This document shows positions 56,501 to 64,000 of a stretch of 64,000 nt of DNA, piece after piece. This DNA is from Planctomycetota bacterium. Lineage in GTDB: Bacteria > Planctomycetota > B15-G4 > JADJEK01. A program made the position numbers and the translations under genes. The stretch lies in the NCBI GenBank assembly GCA_044225365.1, contig JBGAIQ010000004.1, positions 32,001 to 96,000 of the forward strand. Direction: 5' to 3'. The notes beneath the pieces are model-generated. The model was given only the letters and a program-made list of their open reading frames with translations, did no database searches and had not been told where the DNA came from. Positions within the stretch are counted from its first letter, which is position 1. Each line of letters begins with the position of its first letter.

Positions 56501-58195
56501 CTCGACGACGATCGCGCCATCGATTCCGCTCGGAGCGCCGTCGTCCGTGACCGCGTCGATCGCATTGAAATCGAAGTTCTGATTGAGGTCGGTATCGGCC
56601 TTCGCGACGTACACGAGCGGCGGATCCGAGCTCTCGGAGAACGTCGAGTTGCGGATCTCGAGGCGAGAGAGGATGAATCGACCGTCCGACGCGCGACCCG
56701 ACGAACCGTCCGGCTGGCTCGGATCGGGCATCACCTCGATTCGCAGAGCGCTGATCCGCTTCTTGCCGGGCTGCAGCACGACGTCGTAGACATCCTTCAC
56801 GGGCGTGGGTCCCGTGGCGAGGATCGAGCCGTCGTCCTGCCGCTTCAGGATCGAGCCGTTCCGCGAGATGAGCCCCGTGGGATCGAGCGTCGTCCAGACG
56901 AAATCGTCGCCGAGACGATCTCGCATCCGCTCTTCCCACTCGCGCTGATCGGCATCGGCAAGCGGGTCCTCCGCATCGAGCCGTGCTTCGACCTGCTTGA
57001 TCTTGCGCTCGAGGTCCGCGAGTCGCGGCGCCTGATCCGCGTTCGGAACCGGCATCGACGGCCGCGGGTTGCTGCCGCCGAATCCGTCGGAGTCGCGTTC
57101 CTTCACGTTGTTGAAGAACGAATAGAACGAGTAGTAATCCCGCTGCGAGAGCGGGTCGTACTTGTGATCGTGACATTGCGCGCAGCCGAGCGTGAGACCC
57201 ATGAACACCGTCGATGTCGTGTTCACGCGATCGATCACGTAGGCGGAGCGATACTCGTCCTCTTCCTCGCCGGCCTCGCTGTTCGTCGGATGATTGCGAT
57301 TGAAACCGGTCGCGATCTTCTGGTCGAGCGTCGGATTCGGCAGCAGATCGCCCGCGAGCTGTTCGATCGTGAATTGATCGAACGGCATGTTCTTGTTGTA
57401 GGCGTCGATGACCCAATCGCGCCATTTCCAGTTGCTGCGCGCCTCGTCGCGCTGATAACCGCCGGTGTCGGCGTAGCGCGCGAGATCGAGCCAGTCCTGG
57501 GCCTGGCGCTCACCATAGCGCGGTGACGCGAGCAGTCGATCGACCTGCTTCTCGTAGGCGGTCGCACTGGTGTCCTTGAGGAAGGCATCGAGTTCGGCAG
57601 GCGTCGGCGCGATACCCGTGAGGTCGAGAGAGGCCCGACGGAGCCACGATTCGCGCGTGGCTTCGGTCTCCGGCGCCATGCCTTCCTTCTCGAGCTTGGC
57701 GAGTACGAAGGCGTCGAGCGGATCCTTCACCCACCCGCGATCGTTGACCGTCGGGATCGCGGGCGACACGGGCGCCTTGAAAGCCCAGTGTTCGGGCCAG
57801 TCGGCCCCTTGCGCGATCCACTGCTCGAGGACCTCGATCTGCTTGCTGCTGAGCTTGTCGCCGGTCTTGGGCGGAGGCATGAGCTCGTCGGCCTCGGCGG
57901 ACTTGATGCGTTCGACGACCTCGGACGCCTTTGGATCTCCGGGCTTGATCGCGAATTCGTTGTCGTGCGCGGCGAGAGCCTCGGCCTTGAGGTCGAGACG
58001 GAGGTTCGCCTTGCGAGCAGCGGAGTCGGGCCCGTGGCACTGGAAGCAATGCTGCGCGAGGATCGGCCGCACTTGCTTGAAGAAGTCGATCTTCGGCGGA
58101 GCGGCCGAGGCGGGATCGCCGTCTGCGGCGAAGACGAGCGCGACCGATGCCGAAAGAACGCCGAACGCCGTGAGTCCGCCGATCGTGAAACGCAT
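53501..58195 (-). CDS. PSD1/DUF1549/DUF1553 planctomycete cytochrome c domain protein with large low-complexity inserts
   Basis: CFQCHG and [11 protein letters not shown] heme motifs, [35 protein letters not shown]. Confidence 0.9.
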   Translation of the reverse strand: MRFTIGGLTAFGVLSASVALVFAADGDPASAAPPKIDFFKQVRPILAQHCFQCHGPDSAARKANLRLDLKAEALAAHDNEFAIKPGDPKASEVVERIKSAEADELMPPPKTGDKLSSKQIEVLEQWIAQGADWPEHWAFKAPVSPAIPTVNDRGWVKDPLDAFVLAKLEKEGMAPETEATRESWLRRASLDLTGIAPTPAELDAFLKDTSATAYEKQVDRLLASPRYGERQAQDWLDLARYADTGGYQRDEARSNWKWRDWVIDAYNKNMPFDQFTIEQLAGDLLPNPTLDQKIATGFNRNHPTNSEAGEEEDEYRSAYVIDRVNTTSTVFMGLTLGCAQCHDHKYDPLSQRDYYSFYSFFNNVKERDSDGFGGSNPRPSMPVPNADQAPRLADLERKIKQVEARLDAEDPLADADQREWEERMRDRLGDDFVWTTLDPTGLISRNGSILKRQDDGSILATGPTPVKDVYDVVLQPGKKRISALRIEVMPDPSQPDGSSGRASDGRFILSRLEIRNSTFSESSDPPLVYVAKADTDLNQNFDFNAIDAVTDDGAPSGIDGAIVVEPMKDTGMDGNFRGGGGWSIAGSARKEAHEAVLIPIEPLELNDASTIRVTMYFQSTQKFKSLIGRFRLSYCEDDRIRKLMLPVAPKFWASVGPFPAADAATAYSTAFAPESELKSGIDRTKKYEKPVLPPAPATDGAEGKGKGGKGPPAPEGKDASKDAKDSGESKATETALAADKAEAKKAPDAVAPTNVAPEAAAAPPVSDGAKAESEANPKDEKPAAKDGEPGGFPGKSKGGFNKEGGKFGGGFKKKLGGEDGKPAGETEGVAAKPAPESQPVPAPAVPVEAAAAVAAAPQKDVKATKKDDAANASQKDKDGKDGKGDEKKKPEKLAWTDRTTWKDGERQSLDGTGSYAYYLTRTIVCDGPRTATIHLDGPDGYRLWLNGEEVTSSEPKPKVEAKKSDMDSDNFNLADFFGGGGKKTGAVIKLGFRAGENELVLKTIHTVAAAPPRDDSAKGFGGMMFFGGGMGRRGGAGGAMTFSLDAEGDDVLNHEVAMALRREFKERSAAKAAATPTVADTAPALNTSSASGPNARDVRVPPGDVTPPAADKGTEPKVIDKAPPVKSAERDGKAAVPTFVEVKAGEGKAPPSPESGPKKPTLTPEQQRKKVIRDYFRRRISTIDHVLADELDRLKDEQAQLKKQIPESLVMDEMDKPRQAYVFKRGQYKYKTEKVSANTPLVLPAFPEDQPKNRLGLARWLVSKDHPLTARVTINRMWQQFFGVGFVKTAEDFGIRSEQPSHADLLDYLACEFVASGFDVKKMQRRIVLSATYRQASTIRPEKLEKDPENRLLSRGPHLRMTAEMIRDNALAEAGLLVEKIGGKPVKPFQPVGLWSAITGGKDWTKDADEGQYRRGLYVYWKRGVPYPSFITFDASKRETCTVSRAYTTTPLQALVLLNDPVYVEAGRMLGQRMLKEGGKEEAQRIAYGFRLCTSRLPNDAEAKILGDLLAKEREHFKADPEAVKKLLAVGDAKTDAKLDAVEVAAWAQLGSALLNLDESIRRG

Positions 58196-58488
58196 CGCGG
58201 GACCTCCAAAGGTCGATCACCAGTTCTGTCGTTCACGCGCGCGGGCCCGGGAACCGGAGGCAGAGGCCTCTCGAGTTCTCGAGCATGCTGGACTTCTTTG
58301 CGTGAGCGAGCCGAAAGCTCCGCAGGCGCCAACGGAGAAGCACTTGCGAGCACGAGGATGATACACGGAAATGGAGCCGGCGCGGGTGCCTCGCGCGGGA
58401 AACAGGGGCCTACGTTCGTCTTTCAGCGATGTTGGATCGGGGCGAACGTATCTATCGCTCGATGGGGGCTCGATGGGGGCTCGGTCGA

Positions 58489-58782
58489 TCAAACGAATTC
58501 GGCGGACAGTCGCGAGCGATCGAGGTAGCCGTTCCAGGCGATCGAACCCCCGACGATCCGGAACACCTTTCCGGAGTCTTCCGCCTCCTTGCGACTGAGG
58601 AGGAGGAGCTGCGCGACGGTGAAATCGACGTCCGTCAAATCCGTGAGCTCGACGGCAATCTCGTGGGCGTTGGACATCGCTCCGAGGATCGTCGAGTGCA
58701 GGTCCCCGACCTCGAGGACGTCGACTCGACCGCGTAGGGTAATCGTCGCAACCCCTTGATCCGTATTGATTCCGATCGACAT
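58489..58782 (-). CDS. STAS domain protein (chemotaxis-associated)
   Basis: 97 aa; ITLRG...AVELTDLTDVDFTVAQLL; GAGG RBS; downstream of cheB. Confidence 0.7.
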   Translation of the reverse strand: MSIGINTDQGVATITLRGRVDVLEVGDLHSTILGAMSNAHEIAVELTDLTDVDFTVAQLLLLSRKEAEDSGKVFRIVGGSIAWNGYLDRSRLSAEFV

Positions 58783-58856
58783 CGTAGTTCCTCGTGACCA
58801 TGAGCGCGGCGCGAAGAGCCGGGATCGAATCCGCGCCGTTGAAAAACCTGGGAGCG

Positions 58857-60080
58857 TTATCGGCGCCGCGACCCGGTCGCCGCGTGACGCTTCGACCTCT
58901 TGCTCCGCGTGCCGAGTTGAATGGTCCTTCCATGCCGCCGCGTGGGCCCGGCGAACGCCGTCTCGCGAGCGAGTGCCGGAAGCATCGAGAGGCCCAGGAC
59001 ACGCGGAGGTAGGAAACCCCGCAACCCGATCGGGGCGGGAAACACGGGGGCCATCGAAAGTTCGTAGATCCGCGTCGCGAGGGCGCGGACGGAAAGGACC
59101 TCGTCGTGCGCACCGAGCCGGATCGCGGAGCGAGGAAGATCGAACTGAACGCTCGTCGCCTGATCCTGGCACAACGTGGGAGCGCCTGCCCGATGCATCG
59201 CGAGCAGACCCATCGCTCCATCGCTACCGGACCCGGACAGCAGAGCACCCACCGCGTTCGGTCCCGCACACGTCGCAACCGATTCGAAGAGCACATCGAT
59301 CGACGGTCGGTGATGCATCACCGACTCCGACTGATCGAGGGTGACGAAGTAGCCGGCGTCGTCGCGCTTCAAGCGCATGTGGAAGTTGCCGGGAGCAAGG
59401 AGCGCGACTCCGGAAGAGACGCGGCTGCCTTCCTCGGCCTCCACGACGCGAATGGCGCTCTCTTCGTTGAGACGACGGGCGAGCGTTGCCGTGAATCGAG
59501 TCGGCATGTGCTGAACGATCACCAAGCCCGGCGAGTTCTCGGGAAGCGGCAACAGGATCTGACGCAGCGCGTTCACGCCTCCCGTACAAGCACCGAGAGC
59601 GATGACACGGGTCGAATCGGCTGCCATCGACGCGGGCTCGATCCATGCCGGCGCACCCTCGAACGTCGGCGATCGCGGCGCGGCGACTGCGGCGGAGTGC
59701 ACTCGCTCCACGATCTTGCGCGAGATCTCCGGCATGTTCTCGCGGACATCGATGTCCGGTCGCGACACGAAATCCACCGCGCCCTGTTCGAGCGCGCGGA
59801 TCGCGAGCTCGATCGACTCGTCGATCAAAGAGAAGACCACGACGACGGGAATCGGACGCGCGCGCATCAACTTGCCGAGGAACGCCAGCGAATCGATGCG
59901 CATCGGCTCGAGGTCGAGCACGATCACATCGGGGTTCGCGTCCCGCACGATCTCGCGTGCAAGGATCTCGTCAGGAGCGACGCCGACGACCACGATGCTC
60001 GGATCCGCCGCGAGTGCGACGCCGAGCACCTGACCAAGGACGGTCGAATCGGTAACGATCAGGACTTTCGTCGTCGCCAT
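58857..60080 (-). CDS. cheB: Chemotaxis methylesterase CheB, atypical (catalytic Ser replaced by Cys; degenerate receiver)
   Basis: Receiver plus esterase: GACTGG, VQHMP..FT, APGNFH, HRPSIDVLF, GSDGA, QD..TS. Confidence 0.85.
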   Translation of the reverse strand: MATTKVLIVTDSTVLGQVLGVALAADPSIVVVGVAPDEILAREIVRDANPDVIVLDLEPMRIDSLAFLGKLMRARPIPVVVVFSLIDESIELAIRALEQGAVDFVSRPDIDVRENMPEISRKIVERVHSAAVAAPRSPTFEGAPAWIEPASMAADSTRVIALGACTGGVNALRQILLPLPENSPGLVIVQHMPTRFTATLARRLNEESAIRVVEAEEGSRVSSGVALLAPGNFHMRLKRDDAGYFVTLDQSESVMHHRPSIDVLFESVATCAGPNAVGALLSGSGSDGAMGLLAMHRAGAPTLCQDQATSVQFDLPRSAIRLGAHDEVLSVRALATRIYELSMAPVFPAPIGLRGFLPPRVLGLSMLPALARETAFAGPTRRHGRTIQLGTRSKRSKRHAATGSRRR

Positions 60081-60658
60081 GTTTCGGGCCCAGAATTTCC
60101 ACATGATGAGTCGTTCCCTCGACTCCTGACTTCGGGGTTGCGCACACCCGGTTTGACTTCCGTACTTCCGTGATTCGAATCGATCTTCGACACCCTCGCC
60201 ATCCCAGTATGCGACGAGAATGCGACACGTCTTGCGAACTTGCCACCGACATCCCTGGCGTCGACGACGATGTTCCGTGCTGCAAGAAACTCTTCTGCGA
60301 ACTCGATGTTGCGTCGCGGGACGGCGTCGCCGCTCTCCCGCATCTCGATCACGTGACCGCCACCGAAGATCTTGGCGTGGAGATTCGAGATCTCTGCTCC
60401 AAGACCCAGGATCCGTTTGATCAGCAGCTTCATGGCGACGTCGCCGAAGCGAGCATCGACCGTCAGCGCTGAATCCTCGGAAGCCGACGGAAGCATGAAG
60501 TGATTCATGCCGCCGATCTTCTTCGTCGGATCGAAGAGGCAGATCGAGACGCACGAACCGAGCAAGGTGCGGATGATCGTCGGTTCGGCAGCTGCATGCA
60601 GCTCGCCGACCTTGATCTCGACCTCGCGTGGGCCGGTCCTGGCGTCGTCCTTCGTCAT
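60059..60658 (-). CDS. cheD: Chemoreceptor glutamine deamidase CheD
   Basis: TLLGSCVSICLFD...GGMNHFMLP...AKIFGG...DVGG...R; ATGA overlap with the cheR stop. Confidence 0.92.
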   Translation of the reverse strand: MTKDDARTGPREVEIKVGELHAAAEPTIIRTLLGSCVSICLFDPTKKIGGMNHFMLPSASEDSALTVDARFGDVAMKLLIKRILGLGAEISNLHAKIFGGGHVIEMRESGDAVPRRNIEFAEEFLAARNIVVDARDVGGKFARRVAFSSHTGMARVSKIDSNHGSTEVKPGVRNPEVRSRGNDSSCGNSGPETWRRRKS

Positions 60659-61674
60659 TCGGAATCGGTCCGATCGTCGCGATCGTGCGAGATCGTGGGC
60701 GTGTCGTGCGACGGCGAATCCGGCAGGATCGGCGTCCCGTCGGGATTCGTCGTGAGTTTGGGTCGTCGCGAGCCGTGCTTGACGGTCTTGCGGTAGATCG
60801 TCTGGCCGACGCGTTCGAACGCGTCCCCGGCATCCGCGATGTTCTCCGAGTGTCCGATGATCAAGTGGCCGCCCTCGGCGAGTTGCGAGTGGAAGTGCTT
60901 CACGAGTCGGAGGCGCGTCGCGGCATCGAAGTAGATGAGCACGTTGCGACACATGATCAGATCGAGCCGACTCTTGATCGGCCACTTCTCGTCGAGCAGG
61001 TTGATGCGCTGGAAGACGATCATCGACTGCAGTTGCGGCTTCACCTGCATCAGGCCGGCGTTCGCATCCACGCCCTTCAGGAAGTACTTCTGTTGGAAGT
61101 CCTGCGGCACTGGACGCACGTGTTCGACGAGGTAGATCCCGCGTTGCGCCTGGGCGAGCACGCCGACATCGACGTCGGAGGCGAGGATCTTGAGATCGAG
61201 ACCGGGCAGATGTTCGCCGAACGCATCGCGCAGCACCATCGCGAGCGTGTAGGGTTCCTCCCCCGTGGAGCACGCCGCGCTCCAGATGCGGATCTTCCGC
61301 CCGAGCCCTTTTCGCGCGCGATCGAGCATCGCGGGAGCCCAGCGCTTCTTCAGGAAGTCGAAGTGGTGCGATTCGCGGAAGAACTCGGTCTTGTGCGTCG
61401 TGATGGCGCCGATGAACCGCACGACTTCGGGACTCTGCGGATTCTCGATGATGTGCTGCACGTACTCATGCAGCGATGAGAGCTTGACGGCGCGCACGCG
61501 ACGACCGAGCCGCGCGAGCAGCATCTCCTTCTTTCCGTCGCCGAGAACGACTCCGGTGAGCCGGTAGGCGAACTCGCACAGCCGACGGTAGTCCCCGTCG
61601 GACAGCGTGAGGTCCGGGCTGCCGTTCGATCGATCGGCGGAATCGTTCCCTGGATTCGTGTCCTTGCGTTCCAC
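60655..61674 (-). CDS. cheR: Chemotaxis methyltransferase CheR
   Basis: TTHKTEFFRE, IWSAACSTGEEPYT, CRNVLIYFD, GHSE. Confidence 0.94.
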   Translation of the reverse strand: MERKDTNPGNDSADRSNGSPDLTLSDGDYRRLCEFAYRLTGVVLGDGKKEMLLARLGRRVRAVKLSSLHEYVQHIIENPQSPEVVRFIGAITTHKTEFFRESHHFDFLKKRWAPAMLDRARKGLGRKIRIWSAACSTGEEPYTLAMVLRDAFGEHLPGLDLKILASDVDVGVLAQAQRGIYLVEHVRPVPQDFQQKYFLKGVDANAGLMQVKPQLQSMIVFQRINLLDEKWPIKSRLDLIMCRNVLIYFDAATRLRLVKHFHSQLAEGGHLIIGHSENIADAGDAFERVGQTIYRKTVKHGSRRPKLTTNPDGTPILPDSPSHDTPTISHDRDDRTDSE

Positions 61675-62217
61675 TCAGGCTCCCGCGGTCGCGGCGTTCT
61701 CGACGTCCAATGTGTAGTCGGTCTTGCTCGAGTCGATCGTCTTCTCGACGTCGAGGAGCATCACGAGTCGATCGCCATTCTTCGCGATGCCGCGCACGAA
61801 GCCTGCGTCGGGTCGCTTGCCGATCTCGGGCGGCGCCTGGATCTCCGACTCGGCGAGGTTCAGCACGTCGGAGACGGCATCGACGATCAGGCCGAGCACC
61901 TTTGCCCCGACCTTCAACACGATGATCACGGTGAAACGATCGAGTTTGCCCTCGGGCAGACCGAGCCGGCGTCGCAGATCGACGACCGGGATGATCGTGC
62001 CGCGCAGGTTCATCACTCCGCGTACGTATGGATCGACGTTCGGCAACGGCGTGACGGTCGAGTAGCCCTTGATCTCCTGGACGCTCAGGATCTCGACGCC
62101 GTACTGTTCGTCCGCGAGCTTGAAGGTGAGGTATTGCCCACCATCGGCCCCGAATCGCAATCGCGATCCGGCGGAATCCCCATTTGGGTGCCCAGTCTCG
62201 TTCTTCGGGTTCGACAT
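61675..62217 (-). CDS. cheW: Chemotaxis adaptor CheW
   Basis: YLTFKL..EQYG...VQEI...GVMNLRGTIIPVVDLR...GLIVDAVSDV. Confidence 0.95.
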   Translation of the reverse strand: MSNPKNETGHPNGDSAGSRLRFGADGGQYLTFKLADEQYGVEILSVQEIKGYSTVTPLPNVDPYVRGVMNLRGTIIPVVDLRRRLGLPEGKLDRFTVIIVLKVGAKVLGLIVDAVSDVLNLAESEIQAPPEIGKRPDAGFVRGIAKNGDRLVMLLDVEKTIDSSKTDYTLDVENAATAGA

Positions 62218-62328
62218 CGTATTCCTCGCGCCTGCGTTCTTCGTTCGCGAGCGACGATCGATCGATCGTCGCGTGAGTTCGGGTTCGTCACTTCTCGGTT
62301 TTCTTGCGCCTGCCCATTGAGACCATGC

Positions 62329-63999
62329 TCACGAAGTCACGAGTTCGAGTTCCGGTTCTTCGGACATGGTGATCAAACCCGGAACATCGAGGATCAACGC
62401 GACCCGACCGTCGCCGAGGATGGTCGCGCCCGAGACTCCGCGCAGCTTGACGTAGTTCTCTTCGAGACTCTTGATCACGACCTGCTGTTGACCGAGCAGT
62501 TCGTCGACGAGCAACGCTGCGAGACGATCCTCGTTCTCCATGATCACGAGTAGTCCCTTCGACGGATCCGAGACCGCGGAGTCGATGCCGAAGAGGCGTG
62601 ACAATCGGATCACCGGGACGAGTCGTTCGCGCACGATGAGCATTTCCCCGCAGCCTGCCGGGTGATGCACGGCGCCAGGAGCGGGTTGGATCGATTCGGT
62701 GATCGAGACGAGCGGCAGGATGTAGACCTGCTCGCCGACGCGCAGCATCTGGCCGTCGAGGATCGCGAGAGTGAGCGGCAGCGCGATTCGGAATTGCGTG
62801 CCCTTGCCGAGTTCGGTGCGGATCGAGATCGAACCGCCGAGCGATTCGACGTTCTTGCGCACGACATCCATGCCGACGCCACGACCCGAGATCGCCGTGA
62901 CCTGCTCGGCCGTGGAGAACCCGGGGCGGAAGATCAGCGCGTGGATCTGTTCATCGGTGAGTTGATGGTCGGGTGCGACGATTCCGTTCTTGATCGCCTT
63001 GGCGAGGATCTTCTCGCGGTTCAGCCCGCGACCGTCATCGCTCACCTCGATGAAGATGTTGCCGCCGCGCTGATACGCGGAGAGCTTCACCACGCCCGCC
63101 TCCGGTTTCCCGGCGGCAAGACGCTCGTCGGGCGTTTCGAGGCCGTGGTCGAGCGAATTGCGGATCAGGTGCGTGAGGGGATCGCCGATCTTCTCGAGGA
63201 CGGTCTTGTCGAGCTCGGTGTCCTCGCCGTGGATCTCCAGCACCGCCTTCTTGTGCGTGACCCCGACGAGATCGTGGACGAGTCGCTGGAACTTCGAGAA
63301 CAGGCTTTTGATCGGAATCATGCGCACGGCCATGATCCGCTCGCGCAGTTCGCGAGCATGCCGGTCCATCTGGCCGACGGCCTCCGCGAGCATCGCGAGC
63401 TTGTTCATCGAGAAGTTCTCGATCGTCTGCGCCACCATCGACTGCGTGATGACGAGCTCGCCGACGAGATTGATCAGTCGATCGACCTTGTCGACGGGAA
63501 CGCGCAGACTGTTGATGTTCGAGGGAGATGCCGCCGAGGCACTCGTGGAGCTCGACGCACCCGCATTGGACTTCGCCGGCGACGTCGCCACGGCCGGGTG
63601 AGACTCGACGCCGGCGGCGATCTTCGCGTTCGGCTCGCCGCTCGACAGACCGGCCTTGCCCGCGTCGTCCTTGGCCGCCCGCGCAGCCTTCTCTGCGGCG
63701 AGCGCGATGACTTCTTCGGCGGAACACTCACCGAGCTCGCATCGCTCGAGCTGGCGGATCTTCACTCGCTCGGGATCGGCGAGCTTGAGCACCGCCAGGA
63801 GTTCGTCCTGAGGATGCGTCGAAAGAAGTCGAAAGTACCAAGTCAGGTAGCAGCGTTCGGGCTTCAGCTCCGAGAGCGAAGGCACGCCCTCGAACTCGCA
63901 TCGCGTCGACACGATGTCGCCCATGCTCGCGAGCGATGCAATCGTCTGCGCCGGGTCCTTGCCTCGACACATGCAGTCGGCGGCCGGACGGATTTGGAT
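62329..63999 (-). CDS. cheA: Chemotaxis histidine kinase CheA (5'-truncated by window edge)
   Basis: LRVPVDKVDRLINLVGELVI, HLIRNSLDHG, DDGRG, GFSTA...SGRGVGMDVV, LPLTLAI, CheW-like P5. Confidence 0.95.
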   Translation of the reverse strand: MQIRPAADCMCRGKDPAQTIASLASMGDIVSTRCEFEGVPSLSELKPERCYLTWYFRLLSTHPQDELLAVLKLADPERVKIRQLERCELGECSAEEVIALAAEKAARAAKDDAGKAGLSSGEPNAKIAAGVESHPAVATSPAKSNAGASSSTSASAASPSNINSLRVPVDKVDRLINLVGELVITQSMVAQTIENFSMNKLAMLAEAVGQMDRHARELRERIMAVRMIPIKSLFSKFQRLVHDLVGVTHKKAVLEIHGEDTELDKTVLEKIGDPLTHLIRNSLDHGLETPDERLAAGKPEAGVVKLSAYQRGGNIFIEVSDDGRGLNREKILAKAIKNGIVAPDHQLTDEQIHALIFRPGFSTAEQVTAISGRGVGMDVVRKNVESLGGSISIRTELGKGTQFRIALPLTLAILDGQMLRVGEQVYILPLVSITESIQPAPGAVHHPAGCGEMLIVRERLVPVIRLSRLFGIDSAVSDPSKGLLVIMENEDRLAALLVDELLGQQQVVIKSLEENYVKLRGVSGATILGDGRVALILDVPGLITMSEEPELELVTS

Positions 64000-64000
64000 C

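Noticed and set aside
54191-57526. 1111-aa ORF on + strand
   Set aside because: Antisense to the PSD1 cytochrome gene; typical high-GC stop-poor shadow with no motifs
60081-60833. Apparent CheD-CheB fusion or extended CheB (658 aa)
   Set aside because: cheD and cheB are in different frames with their own starts; the upstream part of the ORF is off-frame overlap
1-64000. tRNA/rRNA genes, IS elements, integrases, prophage or defence systems
   Set aside because: No recognisable motifs found by eye; tRNAscan, ISEScan and DefenseFinder were not run

Overview
High-GC bacterial chromosome segment, most likely from a Planctomycetota genome (inferred from a DUF1501 plus PSD1/DUF1549/DUF1553 cytochrome c pair, a planctomycete-style Ser/Thr kinase and a CusA with a large insert). 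It is gene-dense, with 46 CDS called and no rRNA, tRNA, CRISPR array, transposase or prophage seen. Left to right: homoserine dehydrogenase (partial); Tat-exported Fe/Mn SOD; two radical SAM enzymes; a methyltransferase and two SGNH hydrolases flanking cusBA; a copper radical oxidase; secreted SBBP and FG-GAP beta-propeller proteins; an epimerase and a multidomain methyl/glycosyltransferase; a DedA-methyltransferase fusion; a DUF4129-DUF4350-MoxR-DUF58-SpoIIM-RDD operon; a clostripain-like peptidase; a cobalamin riboswitch ahead of a secreted propeller protein and a core-MetE-like gene; a signal-peptide-bearing TldD/TldE pair; an ECF sigma; XdhC; an FHA-sigma28-like-kinase trio; SDR; proline dehydrogenase; gluQ; the DUF1501/PSD1 pair; and the end of a chemotaxis operon with an atypical CheB. 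Three REP-like repeat arrays sit at gene 3' ends. Best novelty candidates: (1) a ~110-130 aa C-terminal domain shared by three unrelated secreted proteins, possibly a sorting or anchoring signal; (2) a B12-riboswitch-controlled secreted propeller next to a MesB-like methionine synthase; (3) an FHA / group-3 sigma / Ser-Thr kinase module; (4) a structured ~190-nt leader upstream of the secreted-protein operon. All calls come from motif recognition by eye; no database searches were run.
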